Assembly: GCA_963662625.1 (NCBI GenBank)
Contig: OY759726.1
Coordinates: forward strand, 1,440,001-1,504,000
Direction of reading: 5' to 3'
Length of the DNA stretch: 64,000 bases
Source: Nitrosopumilus sp.
GTDB taxonomy: Archaea > Thermoproteota > Nitrososphaeria > Nitrososphaerales > Nitrosopumilaceae
Part shown: one piece after another, positions 41,991 through 51,165 of the stretch
How the letters are laid out: each line of letters begins with the position of its first letter
Position numbering within the stretch: the first letter of the stretch is position 1
Made by a program: the position numbers and the translations under genes
Notes under the pieces: model-generated
What the model was told of the DNA's origin: nothing
The model's input: the letters and a program-made list of their open reading frames with translations, nothing else
Databases searched by the model: none

Positions 41991-43154
41991 ATGGCGCCCT
42001 GTCTTGCCTACAAGCCCTGGCAGTCGGTCGACCCGGCCAGGCGCTACTGCCTGGTCGACACGATGGTGCTGCTCCAGCTGTACCGCCGCGACCGGACGCT
42101 GGCTGCCATGGCCGAGGCCGTCCTCGACGGCCGGGCGCTGCTGGTGGTCCCCAGCGTGGTCGGCGAGTGCTACAACGTGTTCAACGCCAACAAGCCGGGC
42201 GCGGGGGGGCCCGGGCCGCCCGGCGGGAAGGGCGGCCCCCGCGAGCTCGCCGCCGTGCGGGCCACGCGCGAGGACCTGGAGGTGGAGCCTGGATCGCGCG
42301 ACGGGTTCGACTGCCTCCTGGTGGACTGCCTGAGCGCGTGGGGGGCGGCGTTCGCGGCCGTCGAGCCGGGCGCGGGCACGCTGGCAGCCGCCAGGCGGAT
42401 GAAGAAGAGCGCGAGGTACGGGCCCCTCTCGCCCACGGACTGCCTCCTGCTGAGGCTGGCCGTCGAGAACCCCAACGTGGACGTCCTCACGGACGACAAG
42501 GACCTGGCCAGGGCCATCGCCTCCGAGTGCGGCCGGGGCAGGGCGTCCAACGTGTTCAACGACTACTTTGGCAGGCTGAACATGACGGCCCGCTTCCTCA
42601 GCATGGTCTCCGGGCTGGGCTTCGTGGACTGCAGGCCCGCCCGGGACAGGATAGAGTACTATGCCGACGACATGAGCGAGGACGAGACCGGCGCCCTGCG
42701 CCGCGACAGGCCCGGGCCCCACTCCCCGCCGGACAGGCGCCCGCCCCTGCTCCTCGCGGTGCGGTGCCTGCCGGGGCGCACGCGGGCCGAGGACGACGCG
42801 GTGCTCCGCCGCCTGAAGCCCGGCTCCGCGCCGGGCATAACGCGCGCGCTGCTGGACTTTGTCGACATGGTGGTGCTGGACTGGTACTGCGCGTGCGGCG
42901 ACCCGAACCTGGTCGCCTTTGACGGCAAGTGGGCCAGGGCCCCGCGCGGCACTGGCGCCGACGCGAGGCCGGCCCCGGACGCGCGCCGGGCCGGGCGGAG
43001 GCGGGCCCGGGCCGGGCGGGGGGGCCGCAGGCCGTACTATGACGCCGCCAGGGGCCTGCTGAGGGAGAAGCGCAACAGCCACTGCGCGTGCGCCAGGCCC
43101 GACGAGCGCCGCCTGCACGAGGCGTTCCGGGACATAGTGTCGGAGCCCCGGTGA
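41991..43154 (+). CDS. PIN-domain protein with long C-terminal extension
   Basis: LVDTMVL, VVGEC, LSPTDCLLL and VLTDDKDL; C-terminal CACG and HCAC. Confidence 0.75.
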   Translation: MAPCLAYKPWQSVDPARRYCLVDTMVLLQLYRRDRTLAAMAEAVLDGRALLVVPSVVGECYNVFNANKPGAGGPGPPGGKGGPRELAAVRATREDLEVEPGSRDGFDCLLVDCLSAWGAAFAAVEPGAGTLAAARRMKKSARYGPLSPTDCLLLRLAVENPNVDVLTDDKDLARAIASECGRGRASNVFNDYFGRLNMTARFLSMVSGLGFVDCRPARDRIEYYADDMSEDETGALRRDRPGPHSPPDRRPPLLLAVRCLPGRTRAEDDAVLRRLKPGSAPGITRALLDFVDMVVLDWYCACGDPNLVAFDGKWARAPRGTGADARPAPDARRAGRRRARAGRGGRRPYYDAARGLLREKRNSHCACARPDERRLHEAFRDIVSEPR

Positions 43155-43629
43155 CGGGCGCGGCGCCGCGCATGCCGGGGCCCGCCGGCGCACAAGCCGC
43201 GCCAGGCCTCCGCCGCCAGGCGGGCCGGGCCGGCCCGCAAGCCCCTGCAACCTGCGCGCGTGTTCCGGGCTGATCCAGCCAGCCATGTGGTCCGGCGATG
43301 CGGCCCATCACGGGCATGCCTGCGTCAACCTCCCGGGCGTGGCTGCCGCAATGCATCCAGCCACGTTTCCGGCCCGTGCACGGGCGCGCGGCGCGGGATT
43401 TGTAGCCGGTGCCGGCACGCGCCCGCAGGGCGCAGGCCCAACCACGCGGCAGCCCGGGCTGCCCCATTCGCGGGCAAGGGCGCCAGGCCCACGCGCCACA
43501 GGGGCCGATCCGTTCGGGCGACCGCGCCCGGGCGGTTACCATGCGCTTGCGGACGCCTAAGACAGCATGGGCGTGATCTTGTGCCTGCCTGATGCTTAGA
43601 GATAAATACGGTCTCTGCGTACCTGTGCC

Positions 43630-43722
43630 ATGACCCCGGCTGAGAGGGAACGACTTGAGCAAGATGTCGAAAAAAGCCTGAAGAAGAACAGGATTGTATA
43701 CTCCATGCTCCATGACCTGTGA
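43630..43722 (+). CDS. 30-aa peptide, possible antitoxin preceding a decayed Doc-like toxin
   Basis: MTPAERERLEQDVEKSLKKNRIVYSMLHDL; TATA-like ataaata upstream; function speculative. Confidence 0.35.
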   Translation: MTPAERERLEQDVEKSLKKNRIVYSMLHDL

Positions 43723-43873
43723 GCCGTACCTCCGGAAGGGGTTACGGCCACTCGCAGCACCGCTGAAAAAAGGCCTGGCGGCAGGCCACGTCGAGATCGG
43801 GGAGCTGGAAGGGCCGGCAGGCCAAGGATCAGAAGCGTCATGGAAAGTTGGGCGACTTGAATGCCCAGTCATT

Positions 43874-45577
43874 TTATCCGGGCCCAAGCCCAACTTCCAT
43901 TAAGCGTGTTGAGCCGGGTTCGGGAGCGACTGCCAGAAGCGCCCCGCGTACCCCGGTTAGCGGATCTGGCGCGGATGTTACCGTGTAGCCTGCAGGTATC
44001 GCCGCCTGGGCGAGCCAGTCGGCAGGAATCAGGTCCGGCTTAACCGCGGAGCCGTCAGGCCCGGTAACCACGGCTTCCAGTTCTGCCGTGGTGTATACGT
44101 ATGTGTGGATCGTCACTCCGGGAAATGCGGGTTCCCCGGGATCCCGCACGCCGTCAGAGTCGAGGTCGTGGTACGCCTCCACCGCAAGTGATGTCATCTC
44201 CGAGGATCCCACCTGACGGAAGCCGACATCCCACACGGCCACGGTGCCTGATTCGGGGGCCAGATACGCATAGAAGCTTCCGGTGGTGAGGACGTGGTCG
44301 AACGGGTAATACCATGCTTGCACCAGGGTGACATTAGGCGACGTGGCTACGCTGTAGAACGTGTAACTCCCGTCGCTCCCGGTGGTCGTGGTTCTGGCAT
44401 CTCCCGTCAGCAGGTCCACCGTGATCATGGTATAGCCCGGCATTGTCTGTTCAGACGCGTCCCTCACGCCGTTGGAATTGGAGTCTAGGAACACGGTGCC
44501 GTATATGGATGTCGGCGCCTTCCCAACCTCGTGGAATACAGAGTATCCTGTCAGGGGGATGGAATCATCGCCGGGGAAATCATATACGGTTACGGTGTAC
44601 GCCCCGGAACCGTGCGCGCTTAGGGTGTCGCCCAGGTCGGCTTTGAACTCGAACCCTTCAGTTGTCATATTCCACACCGCAGCTATTTTGTCCGGCACGA
44701 AGTATTTTTCAGTAGACGTGTAACATGCCGCCTTTGCCCTCTTGTGGTATTCCAGTGCCTCGTCGACGTCGCCGGGCGCGGGAGTTTCGGGCGGGACCAG
44801 GTACGGATCCGGGCACGTCCACCCCACCTCAGTATGGTATCCCAGGGAACCATAATGCCATCCGGGGGGCAACGGCTCCAGGAACCGTATGACGTCTTCG
44901 CCAAGTCCGTAGCCAGACGTGGATGCCAACTGGCCGCCGGTCAGCCCGTGCGGCACCCTGTCATAATATATGACGACTGTGACGTCGTCGGAAAATTCGA
45001 ACCCGTTGATGGCGGACAACGAAAACGACAGCTCGCCGCCACCGCTGATTGACGGCGCCGCGTCAAAGTGCACGTACCCGTACTCAAAGTGCTGTACCAC
45101 CTTCATGTTATAGTCATCATGCGCGATCCCGAGGCTGACCTTTTTGTGGCGGGGATCCAGTATGTTGTCCCTGTGGCCAGGGCTGCTCATGAAACCGTCC
45201 ATCGTGCTGATGATCCGCTGATCCGGGTTTATCTTCCTGTAGTTGTCGCCTTCCGTAACGCAATAGTCCAGGCCGGACACGTTCTCCGCGTTGTACTGGT
45301 GCCCGCCGGCAAGCGTATACCTCATGTACGGCTTGAGCCCGTCAGCCCCCCAGTGCGCGGAACTGCAGCTCTCCAGCATGTCGTCGGCGTGTGACTGCGC
45401 GGCGGAGTTCGTACCGAGCGCGACAGGCCCGAGTCCGGCAGCCATCCGTTCCTCGTTTATGAGGTCGAGCATCTGCAGTTTCAGTTCTGGTGCTGCCTGG
45501 GCATGCGCGGAACCCCCCCAGACAGCGACCAGGCTAACGACCAGCAGTACGACCAACGCTGTCTTTTGCCCCGCCAT
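43874..45577 (-). CDS. Exported CAP (SCP) domain protein with two SdrD-B/Cna-B-like repeats
   Basis: LINEER...AQSHADDM...AENV...SSPGHRDNIL; GTVFLDSNSNGVRDASE and YHDLDSDGVRDPGE. Confidence 0.88.
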   Translation of the reverse strand: MAGQKTALVVLLVVSLVAVWGGSAHAQAAPELKLQMLDLINEERMAAGLGPVALGTNSAAQSHADDMLESCSSAHWGADGLKPYMRYTLAGGHQYNAENVSGLDYCVTEGDNYRKINPDQRIISTMDGFMSSPGHRDNILDPRHKKVSLGIAHDDYNMKVVQHFEYGYVHFDAAPSISGGGELSFSLSAINGFEFSDDVTVVIYYDRVPHGLTGGQLASTSGYGLGEDVIRFLEPLPPGWHYGSLGYHTEVGWTCPDPYLVPPETPAPGDVDEALEYHKRAKAACYTSTEKYFVPDKIAAVWNMTTEGFEFKADLGDTLSAHGSGAYTVTVYDFPGDDSIPLTGYSVFHEVGKAPTSIYGTVFLDSNSNGVRDASEQTMPGYTMITVDLLTGDARTTTTGSDGSYTFYSVATSPNVTLVQAWYYPFDHVLTTGSFYAYLAPESGTVAVWDVGFRQVGSSEMTSLAVEAYHDLDSDGVRDPGEPAFPGVTIHTYVYTTAELEAVVTGPDGSAVKPDLIPADWLAQAAIPAGYTVTSAPDPLTGVRGALLAVAPEPGSTRLMEVGLGPG

Positions 45578-45766
45578 CGCCAGAGTCACAACCCAACGGG
45601 CATAAATACGTGACAACACAGTGCACGAGGTTGTACCTGTGCCGCCGCACCGGCAGCCATGAATCCCACGACATGCGGCCCAGGCGCGGATCGGAAAAGC
45701 CGCGGGATGCGTTGCGGCGACCGCGCCCGGGCGGTTAACATAGGCGCTGCCCCAATGCGCGTGCCA

Positions 45767-46789
45767 TCAGGGTTTGGCGCCCGCGCGCCCCGGCGCGTCC
45801 GCGCCTGCCTCCTGCTCGGCGCCGGCCGCGTCGATGTCCACGTGGCAGGCGGCGAGCCGCCCCGGCCCCTTCTCCTCGAGCCCGGGCTCCTCGGAGCATT
45901 CCTCCACGGCGTACGGGCACCTGTCCATGAACCTGCACCCCGCGGCGGCCGGGGCCCCCCCGGCGTCCCTGATCCTGACCAGCTTCCTCCTCTTCCTGTT
46001 TTCCGGGTCCGGCTCGGATATGGCGTCGATGAGCGCCCGGGTGTACGGGTGCCTCGGGGACGCGAGCACCTCCCCTATGGGGCCCGACTCCACCATCCTC
46101 CCCATGTACAGGATGCCTATCCTGCTGCCAAAGTGCCTCGCGGTGGCGAGGTCGTGCGTGATGTACACGAACGATATGCCGTGCCTCTCCCTGAGGCCCT
46201 GCATGAGCTCGAGCATCTCTGCCCTGACGGAGACGTCGAGCATGGACACGGGCTCGTCGGCGATTATCACCTTGGGGCCGGTGGCAAGCGCCCTCGCCAC
46301 CACGACCCTCTGCCTCTGGCCGCCCGACAGCGTGTGGGGGTACTTTGCGGCGATCTCCTCGGCCGGCTCCAGCCTGACCTCGCGCAGCACCTCGAGCACG
46401 CGCCCCCGCCTCTCGGCCCCGCCGCCCGTCCCGTGGATCCCCAGCGGCTCCGACACGATGTCGCCCACCCTCATGCGCGGGTTGATGGAGTCGTAGGGGT
46501 CCTGGTGGATCATCTGGCAGTCCGCCCTGAGGCGCGCCAGGTCCCCGCCGTCCCTGACCTCCCTGCCCTCGAAGAAGACGCTCCCCGAGTCGGGCCTGGC
46601 AGATCCCAGGATCATCCTGGCCACGGTGGACTTGCCGGAGCCCGACTCGCCGGCGAGCACGAAGACCTCGCCCCTCCCGACGGAGAACGACACCCCGTCG
46701 GCCGCCCTCACCGTGGAGGCCCCGCGGCCGAGGAGGCCCCCCCCGGCGTAGTGCTTTTTGAGGTTCTCCACGCGGAGGATCTCGTCCAT
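45767..46789 (-). CDS. Oligopeptide/dipeptide ABC transporter ATP-binding subunit
   Basis: GESGSGKS, LSGGQRQR, DEPVSMLD, HPYT and GCRF...C...ACH. Confidence 0.95.
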   Translation of the reverse strand: MDEILRVENLKKHYAGGGLLGRGASTVRAADGVSFSVGRGEVFVLAGESGSGKSTVARMILGSARPDSGSVFFEGREVRDGGDLARLRADCQMIHQDPYDSINPRMRVGDIVSEPLGIHGTGGGAERRGRVLEVLREVRLEPAEEIAAKYPHTLSGGQRQRVVVARALATGPKVIIADEPVSMLDVSVRAEMLELMQGLRERHGISFVYITHDLATARHFGSRIGILYMGRMVESGPIGEVLASPRHPYTRALIDAISEPDPENRKRRKLVRIRDAGGAPAAAGCRFMDRCPYAVEECSEEPGLEEKGPGRLAACHVDIDAAGAEQEAGADAPGRAGAKP

Positions 46790-47028
46790 AAGTACGGCTG
46801 GACTCGGCGGTATATCAAGCGATCATGTGGTGCCTCGTACAGATTCCGGCCCGCCTGTTCCCCGCCTGGTTGGAGATGCTTGCGCTGGCTTTGCGCCGAT
46901 CAGACCCTGCGGCCTGGGTTTGTATGGGGATCCCAGGGCCGCCAAGCCGTGCAGGAGGACGGGGTGGCGGTGCCCCGTGCCATTAACAAGAAGGCATTTA
47001 AGTTCCTTTAATACCGTAAGATTGAATT

Positions 47029-47778
47029 TTGTTACTGGAAGCCAGATTTACCAACATAGGAGAATGGAAGGTGATCCTGCAGGCCATTGGGGATGTTACC
47101 GACGAGGCGATGTTCATCTGCAACCAAGACGGCGTCACTTTTCGAGGGATAGACCCCGCACACGTATCCCTGCTAGACATCACATTCCCTGCTTCGTCAT
47201 TTGCCCTCTACGAATGCAGCGCAACGTTTTTCGGCATCTCGGTCACCGACTTCAGAAACATTCTGAGCTCCGCCGCCAACGATGATTACGTGGAACTGGC
47301 CATCGAAAGTTCCCATAAGATGAGGATCTCAATCAAGGGGCGACTAGAAATCATCTATGATCTGAAGCTGGTCGAGAGGACGGAGGTCAGCACGCAGATC
47401 CCCAAGGTCGAAGCTACAAGCAAGATCTCGCTATCCCCGAGCACGCTTGCGAAGATCATGACGGACATTGAAAGAGTCTCGGAAAGCGTCACAATTTCAA
47501 GCATTCCGGAGAGGGTGCAATTTCTGGGATCGGGGGACATAGGGAGGGCCCAAGTCGACCTGGAAAAAGGCAACGCGGAACTGTCCCTGCTTGAGGTCGT
47601 CAAGGACAGCCATGCGGTGTACAGCCTCGAGTACTTGGCCAAAATCATCCGAAACATCGGAAAAGCCAGCAAGAACGTCAACATGGAATATGGCACCCAA
47701 ACCCCGATACGCATGCTCTTTGAGATGCCATCGATGGCCAAAGTCGACTATTACCTGGCGCCAAGGATCGAAAACTGA
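47029..47778 (+). CDS. pcn: PCNA sliding clamp (divergent, probable paralog)
   Basis: GVTFRGIDPAHVSL, YSLEYL and YYLAPRIE. Confidence 0.93.
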   Translation: MLLEARFTNIGEWKVILQAIGDVTDEAMFICNQDGVTFRGIDPAHVSLLDITFPASSFALYECSATFFGISVTDFRNILSSAANDDYVELAIESSHKMRISIKGRLEIIYDLKLVERTEVSTQIPKVEATSKISLSPSTLAKIMTDIERVSESVTISSIPERVQFLGSGDIGRAQVDLEKGNAELSLLEVVKDSHAVYSLEYLAKIIRNIGKASKNVNMEYGTQTPIRMLFEMPSMAKVDYYLAPRIEN

Positions 47779-47835
47779 ATTTCCGCGGCGTGGGTTTTAG
47801 CAAGATTTATTCATAAACCGGCAATTGCTTTAGCA

Positions 47836-50800
47836 TTGGATATCTCCGAGCTTAAGGCTGGCACAATAATCGAAGGGCCAAAATGGCCAGAGCCCGTATC
47901 CATCAAGAAGATCGACAACTTCGGCGACGACGTCCACCTGGTTGGCGTAACGACCGTCAGCAACGATCACATCGACGCGCTTTTGTCCAACGCCGAACTG
48001 TCAAACATTCACCTTAGAACGGTACCGTGCGACTTCTCAAGCGAGCCGTGGAAGGTCTTTTTGGGGCTCGAGGCGCTTCGATACAGGTATGCGTCAGAGT
48101 ACGATCCGTGGCTTGCGATGAACACCTCGAAGGTTGATCCGCTGCCCCACCAAATCGAGGCAGTTTACGGCGTTGTCCTGAAAATGCCCAGGATTCGGTT
48201 CCTGCTTGCACATGATCCCGGGGCGGGAAAAACAATCATGGCCGGCCTGATCATCAAAGAAATGAAGCTGCGGAACCTCGTGAGCAGAATCCTGATAGTC
48301 GTCCCCGGGCACCTTAAGGACCAGTGGCGCAGGGAGCTCAAGGACAAGTTTGAGGAGACGTTCGTCGTCGCAGACCGGGCGACCGCGAACTCCCTCTACG
48401 GCCAAAACATCTGGGGCCACCAAAACCAGCTAATCACCTCGATGGACTTTGCAAAAAGGGATGACATCATCCCGTCCCTGGAGGCGCCGCAGTTTGATCT
48501 AATCATAGTCGACGAGGCCCACAAGATGGCCGCCTACCGGTATAACGACAAAACAACCAAGACGGGAAGATACAGGCTTGGGGAAACCCTGTCCAAGAAC
48601 ACCGAGCACCTTTTGTTTCTGACTGCGACCCCGCACAAGGGGGACGCGGAGAACTTCCGGCTGTTCCTGGACCTGCTCCAGCCGGGGTTTTTCGCGACAT
48701 CCGACATGCTTGAAGAGTCCATCGAGAGGGGCGAGAACACACTCTTCCTGAGGAGGATCAAGGAGGACATGAAAAACTTTGACGGGGCCCCGCTCTTCCT
48801 GCCAAGGCACGTCTCGTCGTGGCCATACGACCTGTCCGGCCCCGAGAGGGAGCTGTACCGCAAAATCACAGAGTACGTGAAAACCCAGTTCAACAGGGCG
48901 CTGACGTCGGAAAACAAGACTAACATAGGATTCGCCCTGATGCTCCTCCAAAGAAGGCTGGCATCCAGCGCATACGCCCTGTGGAGGTCGCTGGTAAGGA
49001 GGCGCGGCAGGCTCAAAGAGATGCTGGAGGATTTCGAAAATTCCAAAAAGTCCAAGCCCAGAACGTTCGACTTTGACGAGATCGACGAAATGAGCGAGGA
49101 GGAAAGGTGGGAGCAGGAGGGCCGCTGGGAGGCGCTGAGCATCGCGGAAAACAGGGGGGAGCTGGAAAAAGAAATCCAGACCCTGGAGGATCTGGCCGCC
49201 GACACAAAAAGGGTGATCGACCAGGACGCGGAAGTCAAGCTTGAAAAGCTAAAAGAGGCCATGGCCGCACTGGAAAAGGAGGCCGGATCCGACAAAATCC
49301 TGATCTTCACGGAATCAAGGGACACCCTGGGGTACCTGGAAAAAAGAATCAAGAACTGGGGGTACTCCGTCAACGTCATACACGGCGGGATGTCCCTCGA
49401 CGAGAGGATCCGCGCCGAGAAGGTATTCAAGACGGAAACCCGGGTGATGATCGCGACCGAGGCCGCGGGGGAAGGGATCAACCTGCAGTTCTGCCACCTG
49501 ATGATAAACTACGACATCCCGTGGAACCCGAACCGGCTGGAGCAGAGGATGGGGCGCATTCACAGGTACGGCCAGAAATTCGAGGTGTTCGTCTACAACC
49601 TGCTCGCGCGCGACACAATCGAGGGGAGGATCTTCAAGAGGCTGTTCGAAAAGCTGGAGGAGATCAAGTCGAAGATGGGCAGCGACAAGGTGTACGACGT
49701 CATCGGGGAGATATACCGCAACAAGGATCTCGCCACGCTGCTGCACGACGCGGCCGTGGGAGCAAGAAGCGAGGAAGAGATTTTTGCGACGCTCGACATC
49801 AAAGTCGACGACGAGTTCATCGCAAAAGTCAAGGACAACCTGGGCGACACGCTAGCCACGAGGCACATAGACTTTACCCAGATAAGCGAGCAAAGACAAA
49901 GGGCCAGGGAAAACAAACTCATCCCGGAGTACACCGCGGAATTTTTCAAGCGCGCGTTCACAAAGGCCGAGGGGAAGATAAGGGAGCGGGGCCGCGGCCT
50001 CTACGCGATAGACTCGATCCCTTACCCGATCCGGAAGATCGCCGAAGGGGACGCCTTTAGGCAGTCATTCGGGCCGACGGTGAGATCCTACCCGAAGGTC
50101 ACCTTCGCGAAAGACGTGGGATCCCAGGACCAGGATGCGGAATTCCTGACCTTCGGCCACCCGCTGTTCGAGGCGGCGTTGGAATGGATCGGGAGGAATT
50201 TCGGCCCTGATCTGCAGACCGGGGCCGCATTCACCGATCCATCGGGGCGCCTGAGCGGCTTCATAGTCTTTTACGAGGGCCGCATCTCCGACGGGCTGGG
50301 GCACGTCGCGGGAAAGCGGCTGTTTGCATACTACGTAGAGCTCAAGACGGGGCTGGTGGAATTCATCGAGCCTTCGATCTTGTGGGATTTGCAGGAGTCA
50401 GGAGCCCGCTCGGGCCCGGCGGACGTCCAAGCGCTAAAGTCAAGAACCCAGCCCCTAATCGTCGAAAACCTGAGGAGCTACCAGCTGGAACTGCAGGAAG
50501 AAAGAAACAGGCAGGCAGAAATCAAGGAAAGATACGGGATAAAGTCGCTCGACAAGCTGATTTTTGACCTGGACGGGGACCTCGTATCTTTAAGACAGCG
50601 CCAGGCCGCAGGCGAAAACGTTGACCTCGTAATACGAAACAAGGAAGACAGGCAGCGCCAATACAGGGACAACAAGGCAGACTTGGCAGACTACATCCAA
50701 AGGGAGAAAAACATCACGATTTCCAGCCCCACCTTCCTGGGAATCATCAGGGTCTCGACCCCGCAGGTCGTCCAGGACGAGCTTAGGAGGGATCCGGAAA

Positions 50801-51165
50801 CCGAAAGGATCGCGATGAGGGTTGTCATGGAATATGAGGCCAAGCACGGGAGAAGGCCAAAGGACGTGTCAAAAGAGATCGGGCCTGGCTACGACATCAA
50901 ATCGCTCGACGGTGGGGGGAACGCGCGATACATCGAGGTCAAGGGAAGGAACGCCGTCGGGGCGGTGGCACTGTCCAAGAACGAGTGGTTCAAGTCAAAG
51001 CACCTTGCAGAGGACTACTACCTTTACGTCGTGTGGAACACGAAAGACCACCCCGGGACGGAACTAGAGCCGCTGATCATCCGCGACCCAGCAAACAATC
51101 TGGAGCCAAAATTAGACGTGCACTACCTGGTAGACCCGCGGCAAATCCGGGAGAAGTCAGAATAA
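47836..51165 (+). CDS. SNF2-family helicase with C-terminal DUF3883 PD-(D/E)xK nuclease domain
   Basis: PLPHQ, DPGAGKT, DEAH, TATPH, EGINLQ, QRMGRIHRYGQ; GYDI...IEVKG. Confidence 0.93.
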   Translation: MDISELKAGTIIEGPKWPEPVSIKKIDNFGDDVHLVGVTTVSNDHIDALLSNAELSNIHLRTVPCDFSSEPWKVFLGLEALRYRYASEYDPWLAMNTSKVDPLPHQIEAVYGVVLKMPRIRFLLAHDPGAGKTIMAGLIIKEMKLRNLVSRILIVVPGHLKDQWRRELKDKFEETFVVADRATANSLYGQNIWGHQNQLITSMDFAKRDDIIPSLEAPQFDLIIVDEAHKMAAYRYNDKTTKTGRYRLGETLSKNTEHLLFLTATPHKGDAENFRLFLDLLQPGFFATSDMLEESIERGENTLFLRRIKEDMKNFDGAPLFLPRHVSSWPYDLSGPERELYRKITEYVKTQFNRALTSENKTNIGFALMLLQRRLASSAYALWRSLVRRRGRLKEMLEDFENSKKSKPRTFDFDEIDEMSEEERWEQEGRWEALSIAENRGELEKEIQTLEDLAADTKRVIDQDAEVKLEKLKEAMAALEKEAGSDKILIFTESRDTLGYLEKRIKNWGYSVNVIHGGMSLDERIRAEKVFKTETRVMIATEAAGEGINLQFCHLMINYDIPWNPNRLEQRMGRIHRYGQKFEVFVYNLLARDTIEGRIFKRLFEKLEEIKSKMGSDKVYDVIGEIYRNKDLATLLHDAAVGARSEEEIFATLDIKVDDEFIAKVKDNLGDTLATRHIDFTQISEQRQRARENKLIPEYTAEFFKRAFTKAEGKIRERGRGLYAIDSIPYPIRKIAEGDAFRQSFGPTVRSYPKVTFAKDVGSQDQDAEFLTFGHPLFEAALEWIGRNFGPDLQTGAAFTDPSGRLSGFIVFYEGRISDGLGHVAGKRLFAYYVELKTGLVEFIEPSILWDLQESGARSGPADVQALKSRTQPLIVENLRSYQLELQEERNRQAEIKERYGIKSLDKLIFDLDGDLVSLRQRQAAGENVDLVIRNKEDRQRQYRDNKADLADYIQREKNITISSPTFLGIIRVSTPQVVQDELRRDPETERIAMRVVMEYEAKHGRRPKDVSKEIGPGYDIKSLDGGGNARYIEVKGRNAVGAVALSKNEWFKSKHLAEDYYLYVVWNTKDHPGTELEPLIIRDPANNLEPKLDVHYLVDPRQIREKSE

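Noticed and set aside
43273-43390. Imperfect repeat (ccagcca...cggccc...cacgggc) at 70-78-bp spacing
   Set aside because: Inconsistent offset and low complexity
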